A stretch of DNA of 56,093 nt, the filler included, from Sphacelaria rigidula (Eukaryota), in assembly GCA_964200075.2 (NCBI GenBank). It is 7 parts of 7 records of this genome, joined end to end, with 100 filler letters (N's around TTAATTAATTAA, not from the genome) between each part and the next. Parts side by side here need not be neighbours in the genome. Positions count along the whole stretch, not along the records: positions 16,057 to 23,984 come from CAXNAA020012949.1; positions 24,085 to 32,012 come from CAXNAA020012950.1; positions 32,113 to 40,040 come from CAXNAA020012951.1; 4 more parts are not named here. One strand, 5' to 3'. Under the pieces are notes generated by a model. It worked only from the letters and a program-made list of their open reading frames with translations, did no database searches and had not been told where the DNA came from. The position numbers and the translations under genes are program-made. Within the stretch, counting starts at the first letter, position 1, and every line of letters begins with the position of its first letter. Positions 22,777 through 35,800 of the stretch are shown in pieces.

Positions 22777-25005
22777 CGATTTTATGGGGTTACCCCCCCT
22801 GATCGCTGGATGATGGCGATAGTAGTTGCTGTACTGCACCGCACGTGTATGCCGGTAGCGTCGGCCTGCGCTGGGTAAACCGACACGGTAGGTGGCGGGG
22901 GTACGTCGAGGCAAGTAGAGAAGAACATGTCCGTAGAAGCAGCGAGTGACGAACAAGCGAGGCGGCGAATCGGATGATCTTCCCCGTACAGCACCTTTGT
23001 TGGCAGATATGGCTTTGCAATTTGGTGGAAATGAGCCGGCCCAACACACCTATTGTGCAGACAAGACAGACCAGCACTACTGTATTGTCTGTACTGTCTG
23101 TGTACTGCCTGTATATTGAATACAACTATACAAGTACTGCTTCACGTAGATTTCATTTAGGATCTGCCACTACCTCGATGTTGGATACTTCCTTGAACGT
23201 CCACAATATTTCCCTTTGCAACCTCTCCCTGTCTTGTGTTGCAGTTGGGTACAACGGCGACATGTAGATATACGCGTTGTACGAACACGGCTGTCTGCCC
23301 AAACGCGGGCAAAGTACGTGATCATGTGCAATTCACACATTGTACATATTTATAATATCATAACATTTTCATGCCGGCTGGTAACACCGCGTAGTCAAGT
23401 TCCAGCATATACATTTCATTCAGTAGCAGCACAGAACTACTCGTCGTACACCGCCTTCTCCAGCATAGCGACCGTAGCACTGCGATAGTGCCACGTCTGT
23501 AATAACCACCAGTCTTGCCAAAGCCAGCGCGTCTCAATACTCATAATCCAGTGATCACCGCGACGCAAAATTCATTATCCAGCCGGCAAATTTCCTCCCC
23601 GCAGGTAAAAAAAAACAAATAATACACCGAAACTCTTCGGTTTTGGGCTACTCACGTCGAGGCGAACCCTGGAGCAGTGCTACGATAGGGATTGCACTTT
23701 TTGTTTCTGGGCCTTGTTTTTGTAGGAGCCCAAATATATGGGGCTTACTGTGCTACCCAAATCTCCGGGGACAGGACATGGAAATGCACACAGGGGCCTT
23801 TTCGTGAATCGGCATCATTTTAAGTTTTTTTCCAAGTGAAAATGATGCCGATTCTCGAAATGATCCCTGCGACACCTTGAGAAACATTTCGCTTAAAAAG
23901 TGCAACCTTACCGAGGCATCACTCCCTGCGTGATCGAAATGATCATTCAATTGTATGTACTGGTGAAGAAACAGGAACACTAAGNNNNNNNNNNNNNNNN
24001 NNNNNNNNNNNNNNNNNNNNNNNNNNNNTTAATTAATTAANNNNNNNNNNNNNNNNNNNNNNNNNNNNNNNNNNNNNNNNNNNNTGCGGTGGTACCCGTA
24101 CAGCGCGGAAGAGCATGTGCAAAGCCGTGCTATACGATAGGTTGGGTGTTTAATTCCAGGGAAAAAAGACTCTAAGATGATCCGGATAACCTGACTCACT
24201 CGCCGCGTGCTTGTATCTGGGTAAAACGGCCTCAAGCAGTACAGTACTGTACGGATTAGCGTTCTTTATCGGTAACGCGCGTTCTGGAGATGGTTGCTCC
24301 TAAAATCGATTCGAAGTTGAATTTAGTGCAAGCACGGCACAGAATACCCCCCGTCCTATCCTAGCACCACTTTACATGTTTGTGCTATCCCTGTCTCGTT
24401 GAATACGCGACAGCAGTATATTCGACTTAAATGTCGACGAGGGAAAGGGGCTGCTGAACCCCCCTCGCGATAAAATATAGAGGCAAGCACCCCAGAAGAA
24501 AGATGGAGTACTAAAAATAAACACATGAGGAAAAAACCTCCTGGGTTGGCCTTCATCCTGTGTCACCCCGACTGGTGCGCCCACATATACCGAAAGGTGT
24601 AGACCGACGTCCAGAATAGATGGGACGACAACTCACACACAGTATCGTAAACACAGCCGCCGGATACCAAGCCGGCACAGTAGACAGCGTTGGGCACATA
24701 GGCAGTGCACCTCGGCGCCCGCTAGTCATTCACAAGTGCTGCACATGTCGGTGTCTGGTACAGCACTATCGAGTTGAGACAGTTGAGGGTTGTACTACTA
24801 CTGTACTGGTGCACTGTCTGTAGACTGTCTTGTATACTTTCGGTAGGAAGTGTTCTGTACTGTACCACTCAGACTGTCTGTACTACTATACTACTATTGT
24901 CTGTAGTACAAGTGTGCACATGCCTATGCGTGTCCGTTTGCATACGTCGAGAAATTACAGTAGTTCTCGATAAAGGTTCACCACAAGCAGTAATCCTAGC
25001 TGCGT

Positions 25006-25269
25006 GAAGGCGAGAGGGGGAACGGAGACACCTGTCGACCGAGCTAAATATGACGTGGAAGGGCTGAAGTGGGCCACCTATGCAGCCGCTACGGGGATCT
25101 CGACAAAATGGCCACCCAACGGTGGTGTAACTGCGCGAGCTAACGCAAGCTTCACGTTGGGTTGCCATTTCGTCAAGTCCTCATAGCAGCTGCTTGAGCG
25201 GCCGACTCCCGCCCTTTCGCATCATCATAAGCCAGGTCGACTGGTGTCTCGGCTCCCCCGTTCGCTTCC
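25006..25269. ncRNA. Candidate pre-miRNA / long imperfect foldback
   Basis: ~115-nt arms (25006-25121 and 25155-25269) pair almost without gaps, with scattered mismatches and many G-U-compatible differences. Confidence 0.5.
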
Positions 25270-25700
25270 AAGTGTTCCTCGTAGTTTTGGGTCACCCTTG
25301 TGAACGAGCTGCCATCACCAGTGCTGTCGCGGGCGTTCACGACATCCGCCACCGCCTCACTTATGATATTTGTCCTACGGCTGTGTTCTGTAACCTTGGT
25401 CGTTATGGGGCAGGGTGTCTAGTTCCGTTTCATAGCCCTGAGTTTGGCACCAACGCTTTGGGGTGTGTACCAACTCAGGGTTTTTTCGAAAAATTGAAAA
25501 TTAAACCTGAGTTGCTGCGCATGTCTCTTCTCAGGGTTCCGTTTTCGGGGTTTACCTATGGGAATTCGTCATATCCTGGCCTTAAATCCCAACTTTCTTA
25601 ATAATCCCTGAGTTTTTTCTTATCCCTGAGGTCTGATTTGTGTTTCCGAAACTCTCTAATGAAGAAGTACACCCTGGAGAGTAGATTATATTGTAAAAAA

Positions 25701-25772
25701 ATGTACTGCGTACAGTATGGAATCTATTGTCTGTTGCAATAGACGCAATAGTCGAAACTGTACGCAGTACAT
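25701..25772. repeat. Short (~70-90 bp) hairpin repeat family
   Basis: atgtactgcgtacagt...actgtacgcagtacat. Related copies at 29331-29419 and, more decayed, ~16761-16835. Confidence 0.8.
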
Positions 25773-26782
25773 GTTTTGGCTGTTCTTGTCCAGGGTGTGG
25801 AAAAAAGGAGTTATTTCGATTTCGATTCCAATTTCTGGTTATTACGACCCCTCCATCACCGTCTGGGGATGATGATCTCAACCCCTCACATCATTGATTG
25901 ACGGGGGAATAAACCCTGCACGGCCGAAAGACCCTCCATGGATAAAAACAGATGTCGTCACCACATGGGGTAGATGAAAAAGCCTCTCGGCCAACGCTTT
26001 TTTTCGTGATACATTCGACAAGCGTTGGACGAGGGACAGAAATTACTCACAGCTACAAAAAGCCGGATGCGGCAAAACCTGCGAGACACAATCACGTTAT
26101 CGGGGTGGAAGATGGAGAGAAAATCAATGGAAGACGGGTATCTGGGTAATATGCAAGGATGATGACGTCATGCTCGTTTGTTCAAGTTCTTTATTTTGTG
26201 CCCACGCCACAACACTGCGTCAATTGTGACATGTGGTGTACAATAGTGTGCAAGTTCAGTATTACCCACCCTCCCCATTCCCTCCGCTCCTCACCCCTTG
26301 CCGGCCAAAAAATAATCTCATGGCGAACTCTAGTAAGTGTACGCCTTGGACGATATATGGTCAATAGATGCAATATGTCTATACTTTACCCAGTACATTT
26401 TTTGTCTGTTGCATCTAAACCGGCAATAGTTGCAATATGCCTATACTTTACCCAGTATATTCTTGTTTATTGCATCTATTTACCACACACTCTGTTCAGG
26501 GTTTGAACAAGTGCGGCCATAGACCTCGAGCTAGTCTCCAGCTACATGATGACGGAAAAAATAAACACAGCCATCAAACGGGAGCTAAGCGTACAGCGGT
26601 ACCATACCACCTAAAGAGGGAGCGGCCCGTAGGTACATGGAGGGGGAAAAACTGAGATGCACGGACACACGGCATTCGAAGAGCAAACCCTTGGTGAAAA
26701 AGAGACACTTGCCGCTCTTGGGCGCGAACTATCCCTGTCGTTCTAGCAAATTCTAGCAATGTTCCGGTGTAGACTGGCAACT

Positions 26783-26851
26783 TCCCCCCCCGCAACCTCC
26801 TATGAGTACCCCCCCCGCAACCTCCTATGAGTACGCCCCCCGCAACCTCCT
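26783..26851 (+). repeat. ~24-bp minisatellite (cccccccgcaacctcctatgagtac) x~3
   Basis: Direct tandem copies visible in the sequence. Confidence 0.85.
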
Positions 26852-26869
26852 CCCCTTCCCGTCAACCTC

Positions 26870-27114
26870 AGAAAATAAAGCAACTGATTGCAGGCTGCCA
26901 TCCAAACGCAAGACAATCAGTACGCTTCGGGTCGAACAATCTTAGCAGGACGCAGCTGATGCGATTCGCCGAACACATCCGTAACTTCGCGCTCAATGAT
27001 TGATTACGAGCCTTGTCCGGCGAAAACCCGGCGTGCTCCGTCCCGGCTTTGTCGGGATGCGAGATCAACGATCTCATGACTATGGCATGCAAGACCATGA
27101 GTACAACCTCCCCC
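26870..27114 (-). repeat. ~245-bp dispersed repeat, inverted relative to 27858-28100
   Basis: Reverse complement aligns with 27858-28100. The same 5' end recurs at 31955-32012 and 48022-48067. Confidence 0.85.
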
Positions 27115-27306
27115 TCGGCGCACCTACCGTAGATTACCAGGTGAAACATTCCATCCGCTGATGATGAGATGATAATTTTTCGACCTCGTAGGCGTTACTG
27201 TAAAAACCCATCTCATGATATATCTGTTCCTGTGCAAGGGTCCTTTAGGCGGTGCAGACCACCTCGTCCGAGTAGAAAAAAAGAGCTTCACAATTCAGTC
27301 CCATCA

Positions 27307-27573
27307 CGGGGGCGGGGGGGGGGGGGGATGATACCCTCATACTCCACGCTAACCGTGTACGCCCCACCCCGCACCCACACATACCCCGACTTTTCCCCAT
27401 AAAAAAATCCCCGCCTCGCGGGACGGGGCAGAGAAAACGTGCTCCCGACGCCGGCCCCGGTACGGGGGGGGGGGGGGGGGGGGGATGATACCCTCATACT
27501 CCACGCTAACCGTGTACGCCCCACCCCGCACTCACACATACCCCGACTTTTCCACATGAAAAAATCCTCGCCT
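27307..27573 (+). repeat. Tandem duplication, period ~157 bp, each unit headed by poly-G
   Basis: atgataccctcatactccacgctaaccgtgtacgccccaccccgca occurs at 27328 and 27485. Confidence 0.85.
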
Positions 27574-27591
27574 GAACGAGAAATGAACACA

Positions 27592-27827
27592 TCAAATCTC
27601 TCCCTCCTCCGTCCCCGCCGTCGGCGCCGCCGCGCTCGTCCTGGAAGAGCGCCGGGCGGATGTTCTAGTCGCTACTACCGGCTTTCGGGTGGGGGTTTTG
27701 GGTCTTTCAACGGAGGATGTCGGGGCTGCTGCCTTTTCCGCATCTCCGTCGTTGGCCGATGCCTCAATCGCTCCTTCACCACCACTAGCAGCTGGATTCT
27801 TCTCGTCTTCTCGAGCTTCTTCTGTCC
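27592..27827 (-). CDS. Terminal exon of an unidentified protein (acidic/disordered C-terminus ending EEGEI*)
   Basis: CAG acceptor after a C-rich tract, open frame to TGA, phase 1 matching the 28760 donor. Confidence 0.65.
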
Positions 27828-27857
27828 CTGGCGGGCGCACGGGGGAGGAGGGGGGGG

Positions 27858-28100
27858 GGGGTGTACTCGTGGTTATGCATGCCGTAGTCATCTATCTGAC
27901 CATTGACCTCGCCTCCCTACAAAGCCGGGACGGAGCACCCCGGGTTTTCGCCGGACCAGGCTCGCAATCAATCACCAAGCGCGAAGCACCGTCGTGTGTT
28001 CGGCGAGTCGCGTGAAGGCACCCTGCTAAGATTGTTCGACCCGAGGCGTACTGATCATCTTGCATTTGGATAACAGCCTCCAATAAGTTGCTCTTTTGTC
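27858..28100 (+). repeat. ~245-bp dispersed repeat starting gggtgtactc
   Basis: Same family as 26870-27114. Confidence 0.85.
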
Positions 28101-28759
28101 TGGTATCGCCACTTCTAGAGACAGCCACGTCTTTTACACTGCCTCATGGGTGTCTCACCATAGGGAGGGAGGGGGGGGGGGGCACAAATACGCGGACATG
28201 TTGATTGATGAGCCATCAACGTGCTGAAAAAGATCATGTGCTATACTAGGGAGGGGACATGGGCCAAACTCATCGACCGCAAACTACACCCGTTTCTGCT
28301 ATCTACACGCACACAGAAGGCATCACTAACTAGAAAGGGTCAGCATGGGAAATGATGCATGCACTTTTGGAAGCGCATGGTAGTGTAGCTATACTTTCAT
28401 GGTACAGAACAAACAAGATCAAGAGACAACTTTTGCCAGAACATCGAAATATCTGGGAAACCCTAGTTTTCTCAACGTGAAAAAAAAAAGGGAAAAAATT
28501 GCGGCGTCTTCTTTCTTCTTTGCTGAAAAAACAGCTTTGATCGTTTTTCAGCATCTCCGGGAAACTAAGCAACAAGGAGAGATGGGTAACAATACATCGT
28601 ACGTGCTGAACGCAAACAGCATCTCATGTAGAAACACCTGTCACGGGTAAGGCGGACAGAACAGGGTACACGCCACGTTTGATTCCAAAGTAGATGTGGC
28701 CATCGCCTTCGCAACCAGAGTAGCTACATGTGCAGCATCAGCAAAATCAGTCCCATCAC

Positions 28760-29132
28760 CTTTTTCGGTAGAGTTTTCGGTGCCCGCCGGAACAGCACTC
28801 TCTTCCGAAACTACCATAGGATCTGCATCGATCCTCTTCGGATCCTCTTTGAGCCCTTCCTGCTCCTCCCCGTTTCTCTCGACAACACCTGCCTCCGCCG
28901 CGCTACGCTCTTCCCGGCCTGCTTCAACCGCTGAGGTCGACCCTTCACCACTTCCGCCCCCAGTAGCATTATTGTCTTGTCCGCCTCCCTTGTGTTTTTC
29001 TGGGTCATCTTCTATTGCCATATCATTGCCGTTACTGTTATCGTTGTTGGCGTTGGCGTTGTCTTGTGCCTGTTCAGCCTCTTCCGCCTTTTCGGTCGCT
29101 CTTTGCTTCTCGGCGTCCAGTCTCTTCATCAC
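28760..29132 (-). CDS. Penultimate exon of the same protein (VMKRLDAEKQRATEKAEEAE..GTENSTEKG)
   Basis: T-rich tract plus CAG acceptor, E/G/N-rich open frame. The AAAG|GTGATG donor is inferred; the exon may extend further. Confidence 0.65.
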
Positions 29133-29600
29133 CTGCTCATGCACAAAAAATAGGGTAAAAAAAACAAAACAGCGGTTGGTGTTGCTGCAGAGATCGGAAA
29201 TGTTGGATTTGTTTGACGATATGTTCGTGGTGAGTATGGTGGGATTCATTCATCGATTCAATGACCGATTGGTTCATTGATCGTGCTTAGTAGTTTGATC
29301 ACGGCTTTGGTGGATTTCAATAGATTACCTTGTCAAAAGTGTACTGCGTACAGCATCGACTATTCCATCCATTGCAATAGACAACATATTTCATACTGTA
29401 CGCAGCACAATTTTTGACAGTGGAATATTTTGTCATTACCCACGATGTGGTGGATTACGGTCGCGCAGGGCGTTGCGGGGGTGATCCTGGCATGCAAGCG
29501 CGTGTGAGCAAGGGGTGCACTTTGCATGCGGGGTGTGGTAAACCGTGTCTGAACTAAAACCACAAAAAAAATAAAATGAACGACTCCATTTTACACTCAG

Positions 29601-29634
<34 letters not shown>

Positions 29635-32126
29635 ATACCACCAGTAGCACCAATACCAACAACGGCACCTGCACCAGCAACAACGATCACCATCCTGAAT
29701 CGCTACTCGATGAAGCGCACCGCCCTCGACAGGACACGCGACACCGGCTGACTGAAATGTCGTTTGACGATGAGCGAGCAGGGCTGCGAACCTCGTCTTG
29801 CGGTCATCATATTTTCGATTTACAACACAACATGCTCGCTCTGTTGAAATACTGCATACCTCACCGCCCTATAAATATCGAAATACTGTCCAACACAGTC
29901 GAACATGGGTAAAATCGTAGGGAGTATCACACATGGGCGGTGTCTAGCTATACCGCATCAGATACGGTAGAAACACTGTGTTGCTCTTCTCTTTGAATTT
30001 CTACAAGTATAATTTATCGCCCGCCGCACTCCAACTCCATAACATGGAGCTTCCACATGCTGCATGGTTCGTCAGTGACCCGTGCTTACTGGAGATTGAC
30101 TGTCACACAAAATTTGCGGAAGACATTGTCAACTTGAAGCCGTGTTGCAGAGGATGACCATTTTTTTTTTCTTTTTGTTCCTTCAGTCCACTACATGACT
30201 TTGTCTCCTTCACTTTACTTTTGTCTGATCTGGGTACGTCTATCTTGTGGATAATGACCGCGCCGGGGTGGGTACCTCGGCGATCACTTAATGTGCGATA
30301 CAGAGCCCGACAGATGTTGAGAAATTCTTGTTTAGAGCTAGGCTCGGCGTCTCTTACTTTCTCTCCGATTTCAGCAAAAATGCTCAAGTCCGAATTATTT
30401 TTGTTCGAAGAGGCGCAGAACGCCAAATGCTTAGTTTTGAAATTCTTAATTTGCACAGGCATAGAGGTAGGAAGCATATCCAGGATACAGTGCCCCCTAC
30501 TCTCATCCTCTGCCAAAAGGGACTGCAGGTATAGTACTGTACCGTGCGCCAGCAGTAAGCAGTACATAATACAGTACAGTAAACTGCACGAATTTCGTAC
30601 AGACTGCCATTATCCATGGGGTGTCCCCGTAGAAGTCAATGTTGCAGGGGCAGGTCGAGTAGAGTATACTCGATTGCGGGGTATTATGAAACTCGTACCC
30701 AAAGTACACAAATGGGGGGTAGGGTTTTAGGGATCGCTTTCCAGTTATTTTTTGGATACGACTCCAAACACTCTACCCTAAGTTGAGTACCTCAAGTACG
30801 TCTTTCAAAATACCCCTTTTTTTATTGAGTATGCTCTACTCGACCTGCTCTTGCAATGTTGTTTGCCAGTTGAAGAAAGGAGGCAGCGGCTTGCTTGAAG
30901 GCCTGAAGTAGCCGTGGTTTTTTGTGGAGGCATTTTTGTTATCGTTCTGAGGTGCAGTGCATTCTTGCACGTTCTTACCTGCCGATCCCCTTGCACTTTC
31001 CGATTTCTGATTTTTATTTTCAACTCGAGTTCAGCACAAATGCTTGCCCGTGAATACTTGAATTTCAGAAAGAAAAAAAAACGAGCCTGAGATTCTCAAC
31101 TGTGAAATTATTAACATATGTCGCGCTCTGTAATCAAACTCATCAATCACATGCTTCAACGCACAGTGATCAGAGAACAGTGGACTAAAATGGCAGTTCC
31201 GTGCCGTAATGTACGCAAAATTTACTTTGATTGATTGTCGCACTTTGACTGAGCGCCCAGGGATCCAGCCGTGGTCGCATGATACATGTACCTGAAACAC
31301 TCGCTGAAAAAAAAAAGAAACAGAAAAAGTCGAACAGAACGAAATAGTAGACTAAGACGCAAAAAAAAAAAAAGTCAACAAAGAAAAACATACACACAAA
31401 GAAATGGCCGGTCTAAAACAAAAACGAAAAAAAAGAAAAAGAAAAGACTAGTGCACGTATATCGACTATATGTTCTCGCGTGTGTTGTATGTAATGGTGG
31501 ACTAAAGAGGCCAGCCACTTCTATTTTTTCCCTCCTAATTTCGGATACGCTTGTTATAGATACCTGACGCTCATTCATGCCGATGAACATCGTTTCGAAC
31601 CAAATACAAGCGCACTGCGAGTGTGGTAGGTCGTCTGACACACTTACAAGCCTCTTTTTTCGTGCAATTAAATACCCCCCCCCCTATCGTAGGATGACTC
31701 TTCCCTTCTCTTCCCTTCCCTTCTTTTCTCTTATTTTCTCTTCTTTGCTGTCCTTTCCTTTCTTTTCTCGTCCATTCTACCTTTTCCGTATTTTTCTTCC
31801 TTCTTCTTCAGCGAGCGATTCAGTTTTGTTTTGTCTCGGATACGTCCACCACGTCAACACGGCTGCAACCCGCGCGGGGGGCGTACTCATTTGTTGCTTG
31901 CCTTAGCCGTTTGACCATTGACCACGCATCCCTTTCGAGACGCGGGGGGGGGGAGGGTGTACTCATGATCATGCATGCCATAGTCATCAGACCATTGACC
32001 TCGCATCCCTACNNNNNNNNNNNNNNNNNNNNNNNNNNNNNNNNNNNNNNNNNNNNTTAATTAATTAANNNNNNNNNNNNNNNNNNNNNNNNNNNNNNNN
32101 NNNNNNNNNNNNCCGTTGTAGTTGTG

Positions 32127-32452
32127 TGACGGTCTTGTCGAAGCCACCCGCATTCGCGATGAGCGACATGCGGCCGTGGGTCATGTGTAATTGTGCGGGT
32201 TACGTACTCCATGAAGGAAGGTTTTCATCCCACCTGGTGCCCTTTTATTGCGCACGTATTGTACAGCCTGTGAAGTGGAATATTCGGGTATGACCAGCGC
32301 CGAGTGCGGGGAGAAAGAGCATGTACTGTACTAGACTACATGACGGTCTTGCACGATGAGCGACATGCGGCCGTGGGTCATGTGTGATTCTGCGGGTTAG
32401 GTACTCCATTAAGGAAAGTATTGATCCCAAATGGCGCCTTTTTATTGCGCAT
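32127..32452 (+). repeat. Tandem duplication, period ~197 bp
   Basis: gagcgacatgcggccgtgggtcatgtgt occurs at 32161 and 32358. Confidence 0.8.
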
Positions 32453-32804
32453 CGATGGCATGTTGGGATCGTGCACTCGGGTTCGGACGACCCCCTACGT
32501 GGAGCAAGATTATCAGACTCATAAACGACACAGATTTCGAGTTGTGAACTCGGACAGTACATCAGTACGACGATCACACGCAGGATCATGACATTAGATG
32601 GCGCGGCAACCAAAACCCCGTTATCGTTGGACAGTACAGCACGATAAGCGCACGATTGAAGATATCTGTAATAAAAATAGTTGACGTACGATCCTACACG
32701 CATCTACTCCCATGCGCATTCGCTGACCGTAGATGTGGAAGATCCCCAAGACTCACAGTTGGGGTGCAACGTCTGGAGCACTATTGAGACGCCGGCTGGG
32801 GCAG

Positions 32805-35800
32805 ACCGAACGTGAGATACGGCACCGCAATCGGTCTCGAGGTAAGAGCACCTCGATACCCCTCGTGCACTCTTACCGTGCGAAATAGAGGTGCTGAAGA
32901 CTCAGCTCATCTGACTGCTTTCCTCTTGTTCCCGCTGATGACTGTGATATTTGAACTAAATTGAGGATGCCTACGTTCCGGGGTATCATCATTTCACACG
33001 AACCCGTGTCTTTCGCAATCTAAAAACAAATAAGGCTGCACGACTGATACGTTGCGTCAATCTATCATCTTCCAGGAGGAGAAGAAGAGGGTACTTCTCA
33101 AGCTCGGAGGGTCCGTCCCATTCATCATTCTCAATTCCAACGGAGGTGAGAGTAATACCTAATGCTGACCAGACTTGCAGTGGACACAATACCGGGAAAC
33201 GACCACATTCACATCGCACTCGGCCGTAGGCAGCTTGCACTTTGGCTGTGTCTGACCCTGGGGATTTATGTTACCGTCAGTACACTAGTGCCGGATGCTT
33301 TCGCACATATTTGTAGTGATCATTCCCAACGGCCGTCAGATCGATATTGTTTCTACCCTCACGCACAGTCATCTTCTGCCATACCACCCCTTTTCTCTCA
33401 TCACCGCACCCCCACGTTGCCTACAGGTTTAGGGCATTCCAACAAGAGCGTCGCGAATCAGTGGATACGATCCGCCTGTCCCGATGCCGAGTAGCTCGAC
33501 CCGTTCTACGTAGCTCAGGGTCATGCCGTGGACTACGCGACGGAGGTCCACCGCGAACCTCCTCAGGCCGCGACTGAGGGCGGTTACCCAGCAGTGGAAG
33601 GCTACCATGTCGACAAGGTGCATACCGAATGGACCGACGCCGGGACCGAGCTATTGATACTTGCTCACGACGACCCCGATGCCGTGCGAATCATCAAAGC
33701 CCATGAGCAGCGAGGGCGGACAGAAAAGATGAGAAAGGTCAGACGAAATTCCGTCCCTCATCGACCACGGCCCTGCCCCGCGAGTCGGGCTTCCAGAGCT
33801 GGCTGCGGGAAAACAGCAAACAGGCGAGGAAGTATCTAGCCAGCCGTGTATTCGAACGAATATTGATCGAAAATCACTATGGACCCTTGATACTGACGTA
33901 CGGTAGTGAAATACCGCCCGCCGGAAGCGGCTCCACGCCAAGGCTTCCGGTAGAAGAAATGGCAGTGGTGTTGGCGGCGGTGGCGGCGGAAGAAGTGGCG
34001 GTGGCGGTGCGGCGGCGGCGGAACAAGAGGCGCTGGCGACGGCGGCGTCGGTGTTACCGGGCGAAGGAGGGGCCACGACACCGGCGGCGATCATGGCATA
34101 CGCGGTGGGACGCGCCGATGCTCTTGGACGCACAGACGAGGGTGGGGCCCAGCAGTGGGATGCGACAATGGTGATGGGCGAGCTGCCGGGGGGGGCGGTG
34201 GACACGGAAACGGCGGTAGAGGCGTCGAGTGCGAGTGGTTACGGCGATAGTGTTTCGGTGGGGGCCAGCGGGTGCAATTCAGCGGCGGCGTCGGTCGAGG
34301 AGGGGGGGGGGGGGGACCGGCGGTGCCGTGGGTGGCGGTAGCTGCGGCCGGCGGAGGTGTCGATTGCAGCGATCTGGCAAGGGCGCCCCCGCGGACATAT
34401 CTTGAGGTGGTGACAGGCAAGAGAACAGGTGAGGCGGTGGCGGCGCCGAGGAGGGCGCCACGCGCTGGTGTCGGCGCCGACGGGGGGGTCTGGACGACTC
34501 CATTTTCGTCTCTCGCGGCGTCATCAGAGAGCGGGAGAGTGGACACAGCGGCGGCAGCACAACCATATTCACCACGTGCGGGGGGGGGGGCACCGTTCAA
34601 TTGGTGACTTGCAACCCCATCTGTTGTGGTGGCGCGATGGCAAGGGGCCTGACCGGAGCATCCATAGCGCAGTCGGGCCCGGCATAGGTAAGAGGGAGAT
34701 GTCCGCAGTGCACTTCGTCATTCACTCCGGGACGTTATTTCAGAAGCATTTGAAGAAATGGCTCGTAACGTCCACTGATACTGATCAGTGGATACTTGTC
34801 CTGTTGGCCATGTCCTGCGGGCATATCGAGCCACAAGGCTCCAACGCGGTGCAGGTAACTGTCCTACGCGTTGTGAACGGATGTCCCTAGTACATACTGG
34901 TGAACAGGGTGTACCGCACCATCGTGACTCTGAGGGACGGGAGCGAAAGTACTTGGCCTCCCGACGGACTGTATGATTGGCTGACGCATCCTGTAAAGGT
35001 GGCGCTGTTCGTGTTCACTCATCTATCGGCTGGCTGCGACTTCCTGCCGCGTGTATCCGGGATTCGCTTCCCCAAGATGTGGGAATTCGTTCTGAAGGCA
35101 CTGAGAACGCCGAATCTGTTCACGAAAGCGATAGTGGTGATCGACGAGGGTAGGGCGAGGGTGGAGGTGGACGAGGGGGTCAAGCTACTGTCCAATCTTT
35201 TTCTTCAGGTACGAAAACGCGTTTGCGCAAGTCGCCGCGGATCTTGGACATGTCTTCACTACGACCGGGCAGAATCTGGAGTCTTTCGTGAACAAGATTC
35301 GTCTGTGCATCACCACAGTACATGGGCACATGCCTTCCCGGTGCTGCCCGGACTTGGACGCCTGCCAGAAGCACGTGGATAAGGCCGACGCAGTATTGGA
35401 ATACTGGGGGGGGTCTTTGGGATGAGCATGCCCACAGTGAACTTCGACGGGCGCGGATGGGGCGTTGAACCAGAAAAAAAGACTCGCCACGAGGGTGGGG
35501 TAAAGGCGGCGAGCAGAGGGGCGGTGGAGCTTACACGGGACAACATAGTTGTATACTTGTCAGGCCACACGTATGTCGATACATCCGACATTGTGCGAAC
35601 CCTGAGATGCGCGTGCAAGCCGGAAAGGGTGACGCAAAGACGTCACTGGTGCCGAGATTGCAGATCTTTGGAGAATTGTACGCTAAGCTGCGGTTGCGAG
35701 AGGATGGCGAGTGTAGCGAGAGGGAAATCGGATCCGGGACCAGATCCTACCAGTCGCAGTTGTTGCGACGGCGGTCTAGATGGTCCGCCATAGGGCGGAT

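Noticed and set aside
22790-22994. VLYGEDHP as a TPR/SET-domain exon
   Set aside because: Only a short motif; no convincing partner exons or further similarity.
26868-27149. HPDK motif suggesting a DnaJ domain
   Set aside because: Lies within a dispersed repeat and lacks the flanking J-domain helices.
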